From Gammaproteobacteria bacterium (GTDB lineage Bacteria; Pseudomonadota; Gammaproteobacteria; Ga0077536), in assembly GCA_016874535.1 (NCBI GenBank), contig VGUA01000002.1, positions 18,476-82,475 of the forward strand: DNA of 64,000 nt. Reading direction: 5' to 3'. Shown here one piece after another: positions 18,757 to 27,509 of the stretch. The position numbers and the translations under genes were made by a program. The notes below the pieces were generated by a model. That model did no database searches. It was not told the DNA's origin and saw only the letters and a list, made by a program, of their open reading frames with translations. Position 1 is the stretch's first letter. Each line of letters begins with the position of its first letter.

Positions 18757-19794
18757 GTGACCGATCCCGATACACCCACGACAGACGAGGCGGCACCTGT
18801 CGCCACGGCGGAAGCCCCGTTCGCCAGCCTCTCGCCGGATCGGGTGCTCGATGCCGTGGAGCGCACGGGCCAGGTGGTCGATGGTCGTCTGCTCGCGCTC
18901 AACAGCTATGAGAACCGGGTCTACCGGGTAGGGCTGGAGACGGGCGATGCCCTGATTGCCAAGTTCTACCGGCCGGGGCGTTGGGAGGATGCGGCGATCG
19001 CCGAGGAGCATGCCTTCGCCCTGGAACTCGAGGACGCCGAGGTGCCGGTGGTCGCCCCGCTGCCAGAGGCGGGCGGCAGCTGCCTACGTTGGGATGAGGC
19101 GTTGCGTTTTGCACTGTTCCCGAACCGGCCGGGACGCACCCCCGAACTGGATCGACTGGACGTGCTGGAATGGACCGGGCGCTTCATCGGGCGCATCCAT
19201 GCCGTGGGACGGGCCCGCCGTTTCAAGGCGAGACCCGGCCTGACGGTGGCCCGGTTCGGGCGCGAACCCGTGGGCTGGCTGAAGCAGCAGGATTTCATCC
19301 CGCAGGATCTGAGGCCCGCCTACGACAGCGTGGCGGATCAGCTGCTGGAGCGCGTCGAGCAGGCTCTTGAATGGGTGGGCCCGGTAGCGACTCTGCGCCT
19401 GCATGGTGACTGCCACCCGGGCAATATCCTGTGGACACCGGCCGGCCCGCACTTCGTGGATCTGGATGACTGCATGACCGGCCCCGCCATCCAGGATCTG
19501 TGGATGCTGATGGCCGGAGATCGCGAGGAGCGAGAAGCGCAGCTCGCCGCCGTACTGCGCGGCTATACCGTTTTCTGCCCCTTCGAACCCGCCGAGCTGG
19601 GGCTCATCGAAGCGCTGCGCAGCCTGCGCCTCCTGCACTACGCCGCCTGGCTGGCCCGACGCTGGAACGACCCGGCCTTCCCCCTGCATTTCCCCTGGTT
19701 CAACGGCCAGCGCTGGTGGCAGGACCATGTCCTGACGCTCCGCGAACAGCTGGCCGCACTGGACGAACCCCCGCTGCACTGGTTTCCGGACTAG
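18757..19794 (+). CDS. srkA: Stress-response Ser/Thr kinase SrkA/RdoA/YihE family
   Basis: LNSYENRVY near the N-terminus, catalytic LHGDCHPGNILW, and the FVDLDD motif are present. GTG start. Confidence 0.8.
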   Translation: MTDPDTPTTDEAAPVATAEAPFASLSPDRVLDAVERTGQVVDGRLLALNSYENRVYRVGLETGDALIAKFYRPGRWEDAAIAEEHAFALELEDAEVPVVAPLPEAGGSCLRWDEALRFALFPNRPGRTPELDRLDVLEWTGRFIGRIHAVGRARRFKARPGLTVARFGREPVGWLKQQDFIPQDLRPAYDSVADQLLERVEQALEWVGPVATLRLHGDCHPGNILWTPAGPHFVDLDDCMTGPAIQDLWMLMAGDREEREAQLAAVLRGYTVFCPFEPAELGLIEALRSLRLLHYAAWLARRWNDPAFPLHFPWFNGQRWWQDHVLTLREQLAALDEPPLHWFPD

Positions 19795-19798
19795 AGGC

Positions 19799-19849
19799 TT
19801 GCACCCGGATGGCGTGACTCTACATAATTGACCGCACGGTCAATTATGT
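19799..19849 (+). promoter_or_regulatory. Candidate sigma70 promoter (TTGCAC-N18-CATAAT) overlapped by a perfect 13+2+13 bp palindrome (putative PaaR/TetR operator)
   Basis: ACATAATTGACCG ca CGGTCAATTATGT at 19822-19849 is a perfect inverted repeat, ending 12 nt before the paaI ATG. The -10-like CATAAT lies inside the left arm. Confidence 0.5.
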
Positions 19850-19861
19850 TCCAGGTTCCCC

Positions 19862-20314
19862 ATGCCCCCTGCCGCTACTCTTCCGGAGACGTCCCAAACC
19901 ACCGTGGATCGCACACGCGAGATCCTGTGGCGCGATGATTACGCGAGCCAGGCGCTGGGGATCCGTCTGGTCGAGGTTCGCGCCGGGTATTGCCGGGCGG
20001 AAATGCAGGTACGACGGGACATGCTGAACGGTTTCGGCATCATCCACGGCGGCATGCTCACCACCTTCGCCGACACCGCCATGGCCTTTGCTTCCAACAG
20101 TCATGGCGAGATGGCGGTCGCCACCAACCTCGGCATGGACTTCGTGGCCTCCGCCCGCGAAGGGGAGATCCTCTCCACGGAAGTTCGCGAGCTCTCCCGC
20201 ACCCGACGCACCGGCCTCTACGACGCCACCATCACGGCCGCGGACGGACGGCTCATCGCCGTGATGCGCGGGCGCGTACAGCGACTGGCCGGCAAGCCCG
20301 TGGGAGGCACCTGA
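19862..20314 (+). CDS. paaI: Phenylacetyl-CoA thioesterase PaaI (hotdog fold)
   Basis: 150 aa with hotdog motif GIIHGGMLTTFADTAMAFA. It lies at the head of the paa cluster. Confidence 0.8.
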   Translation: MPPAATLPETSQTTVDRTREILWRDDYASQALGIRLVEVRAGYCRAEMQVRRDMLNGFGIIHGGMLTTFADTAMAFASNSHGEMAVATNLGMDFVASAREGEILSTEVRELSRTRRTGLYDATITAADGRLIAVMRGRVQRLAGKPVGGT

Positions 20315-20316
20315 AC

Positions 20317-21627
20317 ATGGCCGGACCGCGCGCACACCACAAGGGCGGCCTGCACGCCATCGAAACCGCGAGCCGGGATGAACTCACGCACCTGCAGGTG
20401 ACCCGTCTGCGCGAAACCCTCGCCCACGTCTACCGCAATGTGCCGCATTACCGCAGTGCCTTCGATGCCGCCGGCGTGCATCCGGACGAGCTGCGCACAC
20501 TCACCGACCTTGCCCGCTTTCCCTTCACCACCAAGGGCGACCTGCGCAACAACTACCCTTTCGGCCTGTTCGCCGTGCCGCGTGAAGAGGTGGTTCGCGT
20601 GCATGCTTCCAGCGGCACCACCGGCAAACCAACGGTGGTGGGCTATACCGCGCAGGACATCGAAACCTGGTCGGATCTCATGGCCCGCTCGATCCACGCG
20701 GCCGGTGGGCGCAAGGGCGACATCGTGCACGTGGCCTACGGTTACGGCCTCTTTACCGGCGGACTCGGTGCCCACTACGGCGCGGAGCGTCTCGGCTGCA
20801 CGGTGATCCCCATGTCGGGCGGGCAGACAGAGAAACAGCTGCAGCTGATCGCGGACTTCAAGCCCGATGTCATCCTGGTCACGCCCTCCTACATGCTCAC
20901 CTTGATCGATGCCATGGCGCGGGCCGGCCTCGACCCTGCAGGCAGCTCACTCAAGGTCGGCATCTTCGGGGCAGAACCCTGGACCGAAGCCATGCGCAAC
21001 GAGATCGAGGCGCGCACCGGCATGGATGCGATCGACATCTTCGGTCTGTCCGAAGTCATGGGTCCGGGCGTGGCCTGTGAGTGCATCGAGAGCAAGGATG
21101 GGCCGGTGATCTGGGAAGATCACTTTTATCCCGAAATCATCGATCCGGTGACCGGCGCGGTACTGCCGGACGGTGAACCCGGGGAACTCGTCATCACTTC
21201 GCTCACCAAGCAGGCCTTCCCGGTGATCCGCTACCGCACACGGGATCTCACGCGGCTGCTGCCGCCCACGGCGCGCAGCATGCGGCGCATCGGCAAGATC
21301 ACCGGTCGCTCGGATGACATGCTCATCATTCGCGGCGTGAACGTGTTTCCCACCCAGATCGAGGAGATCGTCTGCGCCACCGAGGCACTCGCGCCCCACT
21401 ACCAGATCTTCGTGGACAAGGAAGGGCACCTCGATCACCTGAGCATCAAGGTGGAAGCGCGCACGGAACTCTCACCCGAAACACGGCAGGCCATCGCGCA
21501 CCACGTCACCCACCAGATCAAGACCCTCATCGGGGTGTCGGCGGAAGTCGAGGTCTTGCATCCGCACGCGATAGAGCGGGTGCTGGTGGGCAAGGCGGTG
21601 CGCGTGTTCGACCGACGCCCCCGATAA
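20317..21627 (+). CDS. paaK: Phenylacetate-CoA ligase PaaK
   Basis: AMP-binding motif [11 protein letters not shown] and the PaaK-type short adenylate-forming enzyme length (436 aa). Start is ATG 20317, just after the paaI stop. Confidence 0.9.
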   Translation: MAGPRAHHKGGLHAIETASRDELTHLQVTRLRETLAHVYRNVPHYRSAFDAAGVHPDELRTLTDLARFPFTTKGDLRNNYPFGLFAVPREEVVRVHASSGTTGKPTVVGYTAQDIETWSDLMARSIHAAGGRKGDIVHVAYGYGLFTGGLGAHYGAERLGCTVIPMSGGQTEKQLQLIADFKPDVILVTPSYMLTLIDAMARAGLDPAGSSLKVGIFGAEPWTEAMRNEIEARTGMDAIDIFGLSEVMGPGVACECIESKDGPVIWEDHFYPEIIDPVTGAVLPDGEPGELVITSLTKQAFPVIRYRTRDLTRLLPPTARSMRRIGKITGRSDDMLIIRGVNVFPTQIEEIVCATEALAPHYQIFVDKEGHLDHLSIKVEARTELSPETRQAIAHHVTHQIKTLIGVSAEVEVLHPHAIERVLVGKAVRVFDRRPR

Positions 21628-21664
21628 TTTTTCATTCTTTCCGGCAGGCAGCAGGAGTCTTTCC

Positions 21665-22660
21665 ATGTATACCCAGGCAATGGACATCCCGGAGGGCAAC
21701 AAAGCCCCGCTCCAGTCAATCGAACAAGGCACGGCCAGCGCAGACTTTGATGCGCGCTGTGCACAAGGTGATTTCATCGAAGCCAAGGACTGGATGCCCG
21801 AGCAGTACCGCAAGACGCTGGTGCGGCAGATAAGCCAGCATGCGCACTCGGAAATCGTGGGCATGCTGCCCGAGGGCAACTGGGTGACCCGTGCGCCGAG
21901 TCTCAAGCGCAAGGCCATCCTGCTCGCGAAAATCCAGGATGAAGGCGGGCATGGGCTTTATCTCTACGCAGCCGCGGAGACACTCGGCACCTCACGCGAC
22001 GAGATGATTGAAGCCTTGCACAGCGGGCGCGCGAAATATTCCTCGATCTTCAACTATCCAACACCAACCTGGGCCGATATCGGTGTGATCGGCTGGCTGG
22101 TGGATGGCGCGGCGATCATGAACCAGGTGCCCCTGTGCCGTTGCTCCTACGGCCCCTATGCCCGCGCGATGATCCGCATCTGCCGCGAGGAATCCTTCCA
22201 CCAGCGCCAGGGCTTCGACCTGCTGCACGCCATGATGCAGGGCACGGAGGCGCAGCGCGCCATGGTGCAGGAAGCCGTCAATCGCTGGTGGTGGCCGGTG
22301 CTCATGATGTTCGGCCCGGAAGACAAGGATTCCCAGCACTCCGAGCAGTCCGCCAAGTGGGGCATCAAACGGCTGTCCAATGACGAGCTGCGACAGAAAT
22401 TCGTCGATGCGATCGTGGAGCAGGCGCGCGTACTGGGCGTGACCCTGCCGGATCCCGATCTGAAGTGGAATGCCGAACACGGGCATCATGATTTTGGTGC
22501 CATCAACTGGCAGGAATTCTGGAATGTCGTGAACGGGCATGGCCCCCTCAACAAGGAACGCCTTGCCGCGCGTGTGCAAGCCTGGGACGACGGCGCCTGG
22601 GTGCGTGAGGCGGCACTCGCCCATGCCAACAAGCAAGCCACCCGTTCAGTCGCTGCCTGA
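21665..22660 (+). CDS. paaA: 1,2-phenylacetyl-CoA epoxidase subunit A
   Basis: 331 aa. Di-iron ligand regions (HAHSE, EESFH) and conserved PaaA sequence throughout. Confidence 0.9.
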   Translation: MYTQAMDIPEGNKAPLQSIEQGTASADFDARCAQGDFIEAKDWMPEQYRKTLVRQISQHAHSEIVGMLPEGNWVTRAPSLKRKAILLAKIQDEGGHGLYLYAAAETLGTSRDEMIEALHSGRAKYSSIFNYPTPTWADIGVIGWLVDGAAIMNQVPLCRCSYGPYARAMIRICREESFHQRQGFDLLHAMMQGTEAQRAMVQEAVNRWWWPVLMMFGPEDKDSQHSEQSAKWGIKRLSNDELRQKFVDAIVEQARVLGVTLPDPDLKWNAEHGHHDFGAINWQEFWNVVNGHGPLNKERLAARVQAWDDGAWVREAALAHANKQATRSVAA

Positions 22661-22669
22661 GGAATCACC

Positions 22670-22960
22670 ATGAGCACACGCAATGAATGGCCTCTGTGGG
22701 AAGTTTTCATCCGCAGCCGGGCCGGACTCGATCACAAGCACTGTGGCAGCGTGCATGCGCCTGATGGTGCACTGGCCCTGCAGGCGGCACGCGATGTCTA
22801 CACGCGGCGCCAGGAGGGTGTCTCGATCTGGGTGGTGCGCGCGGATCAGATCATCGCCTCCGATCCGGGCCAGAAAGCCGAGCTCTTCGACCCCATGGAA
22901 GACAAGGTCTACAGACATCCCACCTTCTACCAGTTGCCGGATGACGTGAACCATATCTGA
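22670..22960 (+). CDS. paaB: 1,2-phenylacetyl-CoA epoxidase subunit B
   Basis: 96 aa. WPLWEVFIRS...HCGSVHA is the typical PaaB sequence. Confidence 0.9.
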   Translation: MSTRNEWPLWEVFIRSRAGLDHKHCGSVHAPDGALALQAARDVYTRRQEGVSIWVVRADQIIASDPGQKAELFDPMEDKVYRHPTFYQLPDDVNHI

Positions 22961-22964
22961 TGCC

Positions 22965-23765
22965 ATGAACACTCCCGCCGCGACGCATGAATCGACGATC
23001 GACCTGAAGCCACTGGGCCCGCAGCACGCCGCTTGGGTGCTGCGCTTGGCCGACGGCTCGCTGGTGCTGTCCCAACGCCTCAGCGAATGGTGTGGCCACG
23101 GCCCGGTGCTGGAAGAGGACATAGCCTTCACCAATATCGCGCTCGATTTGTTGGGCCAGGCGCGCCTGCTCTACAGCCATGCCGGTGCGCTGGAAGGCCA
23201 GGGCCGCGACGAGGATGCTTTCGCCTACTGGCGCGATGAGTCCGAGTTCCGCAATCCCACACTGGTCGAGCTGCCGAACGGGGATTTCGGCCAGAGCGTG
23301 CTGCGCGCCTGGGCCTATGTGAGCTGGCAGTGTCTGGTGTGGGGGACACTGGCAAAATCGCGCGATACGGCGCTCGCGGCCATTGGAGCCAAAAGCGTGA
23401 AGGAAAGCCGCTATCACCAGGAACATCTGGGCAACTGGGTGGTGCGTCTCGGCGATGGCACTGAGGAGTCCCATCGTCGCATGCAGACAGCGCTCGACTA
23501 TCTGTGGCCGTACACCAGCGAACTATTTCACCTGGATGCGGTGGAAACGGCGGCAATGGACACCGGGCTCGCGCCCGGCCTCGACCGTATTGCCGAAATC
23601 TGGACCGCGAACACCAACGCAACGCTGCACAGCGCGACCCTGACGGTTCCCGCGCCCACTCCGTTTCTGGCAACAGGCCGTCAGGGCAGGCACTCGGAAG
23701 CCATGGGTTATCTGCTGAGCGAGATGCAGGCGCTGGCGCGTGCCCATCCCGGGGCGCGCTGGTGA
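22965..23765 (+). CDS. paaC: 1,2-phenylacetyl-CoA epoxidase subunit C
   Basis: 266 aa. Position and PaaC-like sequence (LRLADGSLVLSQRLSEW). Confidence 0.85.
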   Translation: MNTPAATHESTIDLKPLGPQHAAWVLRLADGSLVLSQRLSEWCGHGPVLEEDIAFTNIALDLLGQARLLYSHAGALEGQGRDEDAFAYWRDESEFRNPTLVELPNGDFGQSVLRAWAYVSWQCLVWGTLAKSRDTALAAIGAKSVKESRYHQEHLGNWVVRLGDGTEESHRRMQTALDYLWPYTSELFHLDAVETAAMDTGLAPGLDRIAEIWTANTNATLHSATLTVPAPTPFLATGRQGRHSEAMGYLLSEMQALARAHPGARW

Positions 23766-24322
23766 GCACAGGGGCACCCCTGCCGCAGGATTTCTTCGCG
23801 GCCTTCGGTGCCATCGAGCAAGTTCCGGCGCCGTGGGACGGCAGCGAGGAAGGTCTCTGGACCTTGCTGCAAGCAATCCCGGACCCGGAGATTCCAGCCG
23901 TGTCACTGGTGGATCTTGGCATCGTGCGTGAAGCCCACAGCGAGCCCGCCACACGCAGCGCCGCCGTGGTCATCACGCCCACGTATGCCGGCTGTCCCGC
24001 CACGGAGGCCATTCGTCAGGAGATAGTGCGCGTGCTGAAAGCCGCGGGCGTGGCGGACCTGCGAGTCGAGTTGCGTATCGCCCCGGCCTGGACCACGGAC
24101 TGGATCACGGCGGCAGGCCGCGAGGCGCTGCAACGCTTCGGCATCACGCCTCCCTGCACCATTGCCGGCAATCTGCCGCGGGCCCTGCAGTTCCGACCGG
24201 CCTGCCCACGCTGCGGCAGCCACCGGACCGAACAGATCTCTGCCTTCGGCGCCACGCCCTGCAAGGCGCTCCACCGCTGCCAGCACTGCCGCGAACCCTT
24301 TGATTACTTCAAGCCTCTTTGA
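23762..24322 (+). CDS. paaD: Phenylacetate degradation protein PaaD (SUF/MIP18-like with C-terminal Cys cluster)
   Basis: The GTG start overlaps the paaC stop. DPEIPAVSLVDLGIV motif and C-terminal CPRCG...CQHC are present. Confidence 0.8.
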   Translation: MSTGAPLPQDFFAAFGAIEQVPAPWDGSEEGLWTLLQAIPDPEIPAVSLVDLGIVREAHSEPATRSAAVVITPTYAGCPATEAIRQEIVRVLKAAGVADLRVELRIAPAWTTDWITAAGREALQRFGITPPCTIAGNLPRALQFRPACPRCGSHRTEQISAFGATPCKALHRCQHCREPFDYFKPL

Positions 24323-24327
24323 AAGCC

Positions 24328-25398
24328 ATGTCACTGCCTTCCTTCCACACCTTGCAGATCGCGCAGGTTTCCCGCGAAACCGACGATGCGGTCAGTCTCA
24401 CGCTTGCCGTGCCGCCGGAACTCGTTCCTCTGTTCCAGTTTCACGCTGGCCAGTACCTCACCGTGCGGCGGCCGGGCGATGCAGAAGATCAACGACGCAG
24501 CTATTCGCTGTGCTCGGCCCCCTGCGAAGGCTTCTTGCGCATCGGTGTGCGCGAGATCAAAGGAGGCGTGCTGTCACCGTGGCTCAACCGTGACGTGCAG
24601 GCGGGTACATCTGTCGAAGTGATGCCGCCGGATGGGCAGTTCGGTCTCTTGCCCGCGACGGGCACGGGCCGCCATCTTCTGCTCATTGCGGTGGGCAGTG
24701 GCATCACACCGCTCCTGTCCATCGCGCGGCAGGCGCTTGCAGAGGATTCCCGCAATCGCGTGACCCTGCTCTATGGCAACCGCAACCTCGCGAGCATGAT
24801 GTTTCGCGAGGATCTCGAAGATCTGAAGAATCGCTTTCTGGGACGCTTCGCGCTCCATTGCACGTTCTCGCGCGAACCACAGGAGATCCCGCTGCATCAC
24901 GGCCGTCTGGATGGCGCCAAGCTGCGCGAGTTCCTGGCCCGGCTCGTGCCGCCCGAATCGGTGGACGAAGTGCTTCTGTGCGGGCCGCATGCGGTGCTGG
25001 AAGAATGCTGTGCAGTGCTGCATGAGGCCGGAATGGCGGAAGACCGGCTGCATGTGGAGCGCTTCGGCGCGCCGGTGGCAGATGGTGGGTCGACGACCGA
25101 GATCGCGACGCCAGAGGGCGCGCGCGTGGTCGTGATCCTGGATGGCGTGCAGCGCGAACTGACCTTGGCTGACCCCAGCCTTTCCATTCTGGATGCCGCC
25201 CGGAGCGCCGGCATGGATCTGCCCTTCTCCTGCAGAACCGGGGTGTGCGCCACCTGCCGCGCGAGGGTGATGGAAGGGGAAGTGAAGATGTCGCGCAACT
25301 ATGCGCTGCTTGAAAGTGATCTCAAGGCCGGCATCGTGCTCACCTGCCAGGCACATCCCGTGAGCGAGCGCGTCGTCATTTCCTTCGACGCACGCTGA
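24328..25398 (+). CDS. paaE: 1,2-phenylacetyl-CoA epoxidase reductase subunit PaaE
   Basis: FAD motif RRSYSL, an NAD(P)-binding region GSGITP, and a C-terminal plant-type 2Fe-2S motif CRTGVCATC are present. Start is ATG 24328 (a TTG at 24319 is also possible). Confidence 0.85.
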   Translation: MSLPSFHTLQIAQVSRETDDAVSLTLAVPPELVPLFQFHAGQYLTVRRPGDAEDQRRSYSLCSAPCEGFLRIGVREIKGGVLSPWLNRDVQAGTSVEVMPPDGQFGLLPATGTGRHLLLIAVGSGITPLLSIARQALAEDSRNRVTLLYGNRNLASMMFREDLEDLKNRFLGRFALHCTFSREPQEIPLHHGRLDGAKLREFLARLVPPESVDEVLLCGPHAVLEECCAVLHEAGMAEDRLHVERFGAPVADGGSTTEIATPEGARVVVILDGVQRELTLADPSLSILDAARSAGMDLPFSCRTGVCATCRARVMEGEVKMSRNYALLESDLKAGIVLTCQAHPVSERVVISFDAR

Positions 25399-25401
25399 CC
25401 C

Positions 25402-26019
25402 ATGCCCCGCGGTCGCGCTGCCCGCTATGGCGAACAGCAGGACAGCATCCTGCAACATGCCGCGGCATTGTTCGCGGCGCGCGGATTCCAGGGCACGTCG
25501 ATGCTCGATCTTGCCCACGCTGCCGGCGTCTCCAAGGCGCTGCTGTATCACTACTACGAAGACAAATACCAGCTGCTGGTGGCGATTGCGGAAGGCCACA
25601 TTGACCGCCTCGTGGCGCTGGTCGCGGAAGAGGAAAGCCTCGCGGCTGCGGGTCACCGTTCCTCAGCTCACCGGCTGGAACATCTGGTGCGACGTTTCGT
25701 CGAGGAGTATGCGAGCGCCCGCGCGCACCATCAGGTGCTGGTGCAGGATCTCAAGTATCTCGATGAGGACGATCAGGCACGAATCCGGCAGAAGGAGCGT
25801 CAGGTCGTTGCAGCTTTCGCGCAGGCTATCGCTGCCGACTGGCCGGAGCTTGGGGCGCGCAAGCTCGAGAAGCCGCTCAGCATGCTGTTGTTCGGCATGA
25901 TCAACTGGCTGTTCACCTGGTTCAGGGACGAGGGTCCACTGGACTATCCGGCCTTGGCGAGGTTGGTGGCGGGCTTCGCCACCGGAGGTCTCTCCCGGAT
26001 CTCCGCACCGTCACCCTGA
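25402..26019 (+). CDS. TetR-family transcriptional regulator, likely PaaR
   Basis: N-terminal TetR HTH (FAARGFQGTSMLDLAHAAGVSKALLYHYY). It lies immediately downstream of paaE. Confidence 0.8.
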   Translation: MPRGRAARYGEQQDSILQHAAALFAARGFQGTSMLDLAHAAGVSKALLYHYYEDKYQLLVAIAEGHIDRLVALVAEEESLAAAGHRSSAHRLEHLVRRFVEEYASARAHHQVLVQDLKYLDEDDQARIRQKERQVVAAFAQAIAADWPELGARKLEKPLSMLLFGMINWLFTWFRDEGPLDYPALARLVAGFATGGLSRISAPSP

Positions 26020-26056
26020 TGGCGGGCTGGGAGATCCGGACACAGTCACAGCCGCA

Positions 26057-27256
26057 TCACTCGCCGTAGCTGGGTGACGCCGCTATCTTGTGGATCGAAA
26101 GGTCGGCACCGCGATACTCCTCCTCCTGCGACAGGCGAAGGCCCACCACGCGCTTGAGACCCCGTAGACCGAGGAAACCGCCAGCGAGTGCGATGAGTAT
26201 GCCGAGGCCGGTGCCGATCACCTGCGACATCATGCTGATGCCACCGAGACCGCCCAGCGCCTCCTGACCGAAAATCCCGGCCGCCAGTCCGCCCCAGGCG
26301 CCGCACAGTCCGTGCAAAGGCCATACGCCCAGCACGTCGTCGATGCGCCAGCGATTCTGGGTAAGGGTGAACAGCCAGACGAACAGGGCGCCCGCCACGC
26401 CACCGGTGACGAGCGCGCCAAGCGGATGCATCACATCCGATCCGGCGCAGACTGCCACCAGTCCGGCCAAGGGCCCGTTGTGCACGAAGCCCGGATCATT
26501 GCGGCCCACGAACAGGGCCGTGAGGATGCCGCCCACCATGGCCATCAGCGAGTTGGCCGCCACCAATCCGCTCACTGCGGCGACGGTCTGTGCCGACATC
26601 ACGTTGAAACCGAACCAGCCGACCGTGAGGATCCAGGCGCCCAGGGCGAGAAAAGGAATGCTGGATGGCGGGTGCGCCGCTGCGATACCGCCATCCTTGT
26701 GATAACGACCATGGCGTGCGCCCAGCATGACCACCGCAACCAGCGCGAGCCAGCCACCCATGGCATGCACCACCACGGAACCGGCGAAGTCATGGAAGGG
26801 AGCGCCAAAGCTTTCCTTCAGCCAAGCCTGCACGCCGAAATTGCCATTCCAGGTGATGCCCTCGAAGAAGGGATACACGAAAGCCACGACCAGCGCGGTG
26901 GCCGCGAGTTGCGGATGGAAGCGGGCCCGCTCGGCAATCCCGCCGGAGATGATCGCAGGGATGGCGGCAGCAAACGTGAGCAGGAAGAAGAATTTCACGA
27001 GGTCATAGCCGCCGCGCAGGTTGAGCTCGGCCGCACCCCGGAAGAAATCCACCCCGTAGGCCACGAGATAGCCGACGAAGAAATAGGCAATGGTGGAGAC
27101 CGCGAAATCGCACAGGATCTTGACCAGCGCATTGACCTGGTTCTTGCGACGGACCGTGCCCACCTCGAGAAAGGCAAAGCCCGAATGCATGGCCAACACC
27201 ATGATGGCCCCGAGCAGGATGAACAACACATCACTGCCTGTCTGTAACGCTTCCAT
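26057..27256 (-). CDS. amt: Ammonium transporter (Amt family)
   Basis: Amt signatures are present (FAFLEVG, AERARF, GSVVVH, LCGAWGG). ATG 27256 is preceded by GGGGGAG. No adjacent glnK. Confidence 0.9.
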   Translation of the reverse strand: MEALQTGSDVLFILLGAIMVLAMHSGFAFLEVGTVRRKNQVNALVKILCDFAVSTIAYFFVGYLVAYGVDFFRGAAELNLRGGYDLVKFFFLLTFAAAIPAIISGGIAERARFHPQLAATALVVAFVYPFFEGITWNGNFGVQAWLKESFGAPFHDFAGSVVVHAMGGWLALVAVVMLGARHGRYHKDGGIAAAHPPSSIPFLALGAWILTVGWFGFNVMSAQTVAAVSGLVAANSLMAMVGGILTALFVGRNDPGFVHNGPLAGLVAVCAGSDVMHPLGALVTGGVAGALFVWLFTLTQNRWRIDDVLGVWPLHGLCGAWGGLAAGIFGQEALGGLGGISMMSQVIGTGLGILIALAGGFLGLRGLKRVVGLRLSQEEEYRGADLSIHKIAASPSYGE

Positions 27257-27509
27257 CCGACTCCCCCGAGTTTGTCTTTGTGGTGTTTCCGGGATAGCAA
27301 GAAACGCACCACTGACGTGCGAAAGCGTGACGAAAGACGGTGCATGCGCGCCAAAGCAAGGCATTCCGGGCCCACCTTGGTTTCAGGCAGGTTTTTTTCT
27401 GGTGGGGGTCTGGACGGAAGGGCCCCAAAGCCTCGGTTCAGGAATTGCTGATTTGCACCAGTATCGAGCGCAAAGGCTGCGGTCGCCTTCTTTCAGGGCG
27501 TTTTCGGCC

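Noticed and set aside
19990-20316. N-terminal extension of the 545-aa ORF, as part of PaaK.
   Set aside because: It lies inside paaI in another frame and is His/Arg/Gly-rich. PaaK similarity starts at ATG 20317.
27441-27466. Sigma54 (-24/-12) promoter or NtrC site upstream of amt (minus strand CTGGTGCAAATCAGCAAT; plus strand TGCACCAGTATCGAGCGCA).
   Set aside because: The GG-to-GC spacing is one nucleotide short of the TGGCAC-N5-TTGC consensus, and the NtrC-like dyad is only half matched. The evidence is not strong enough to annotate.
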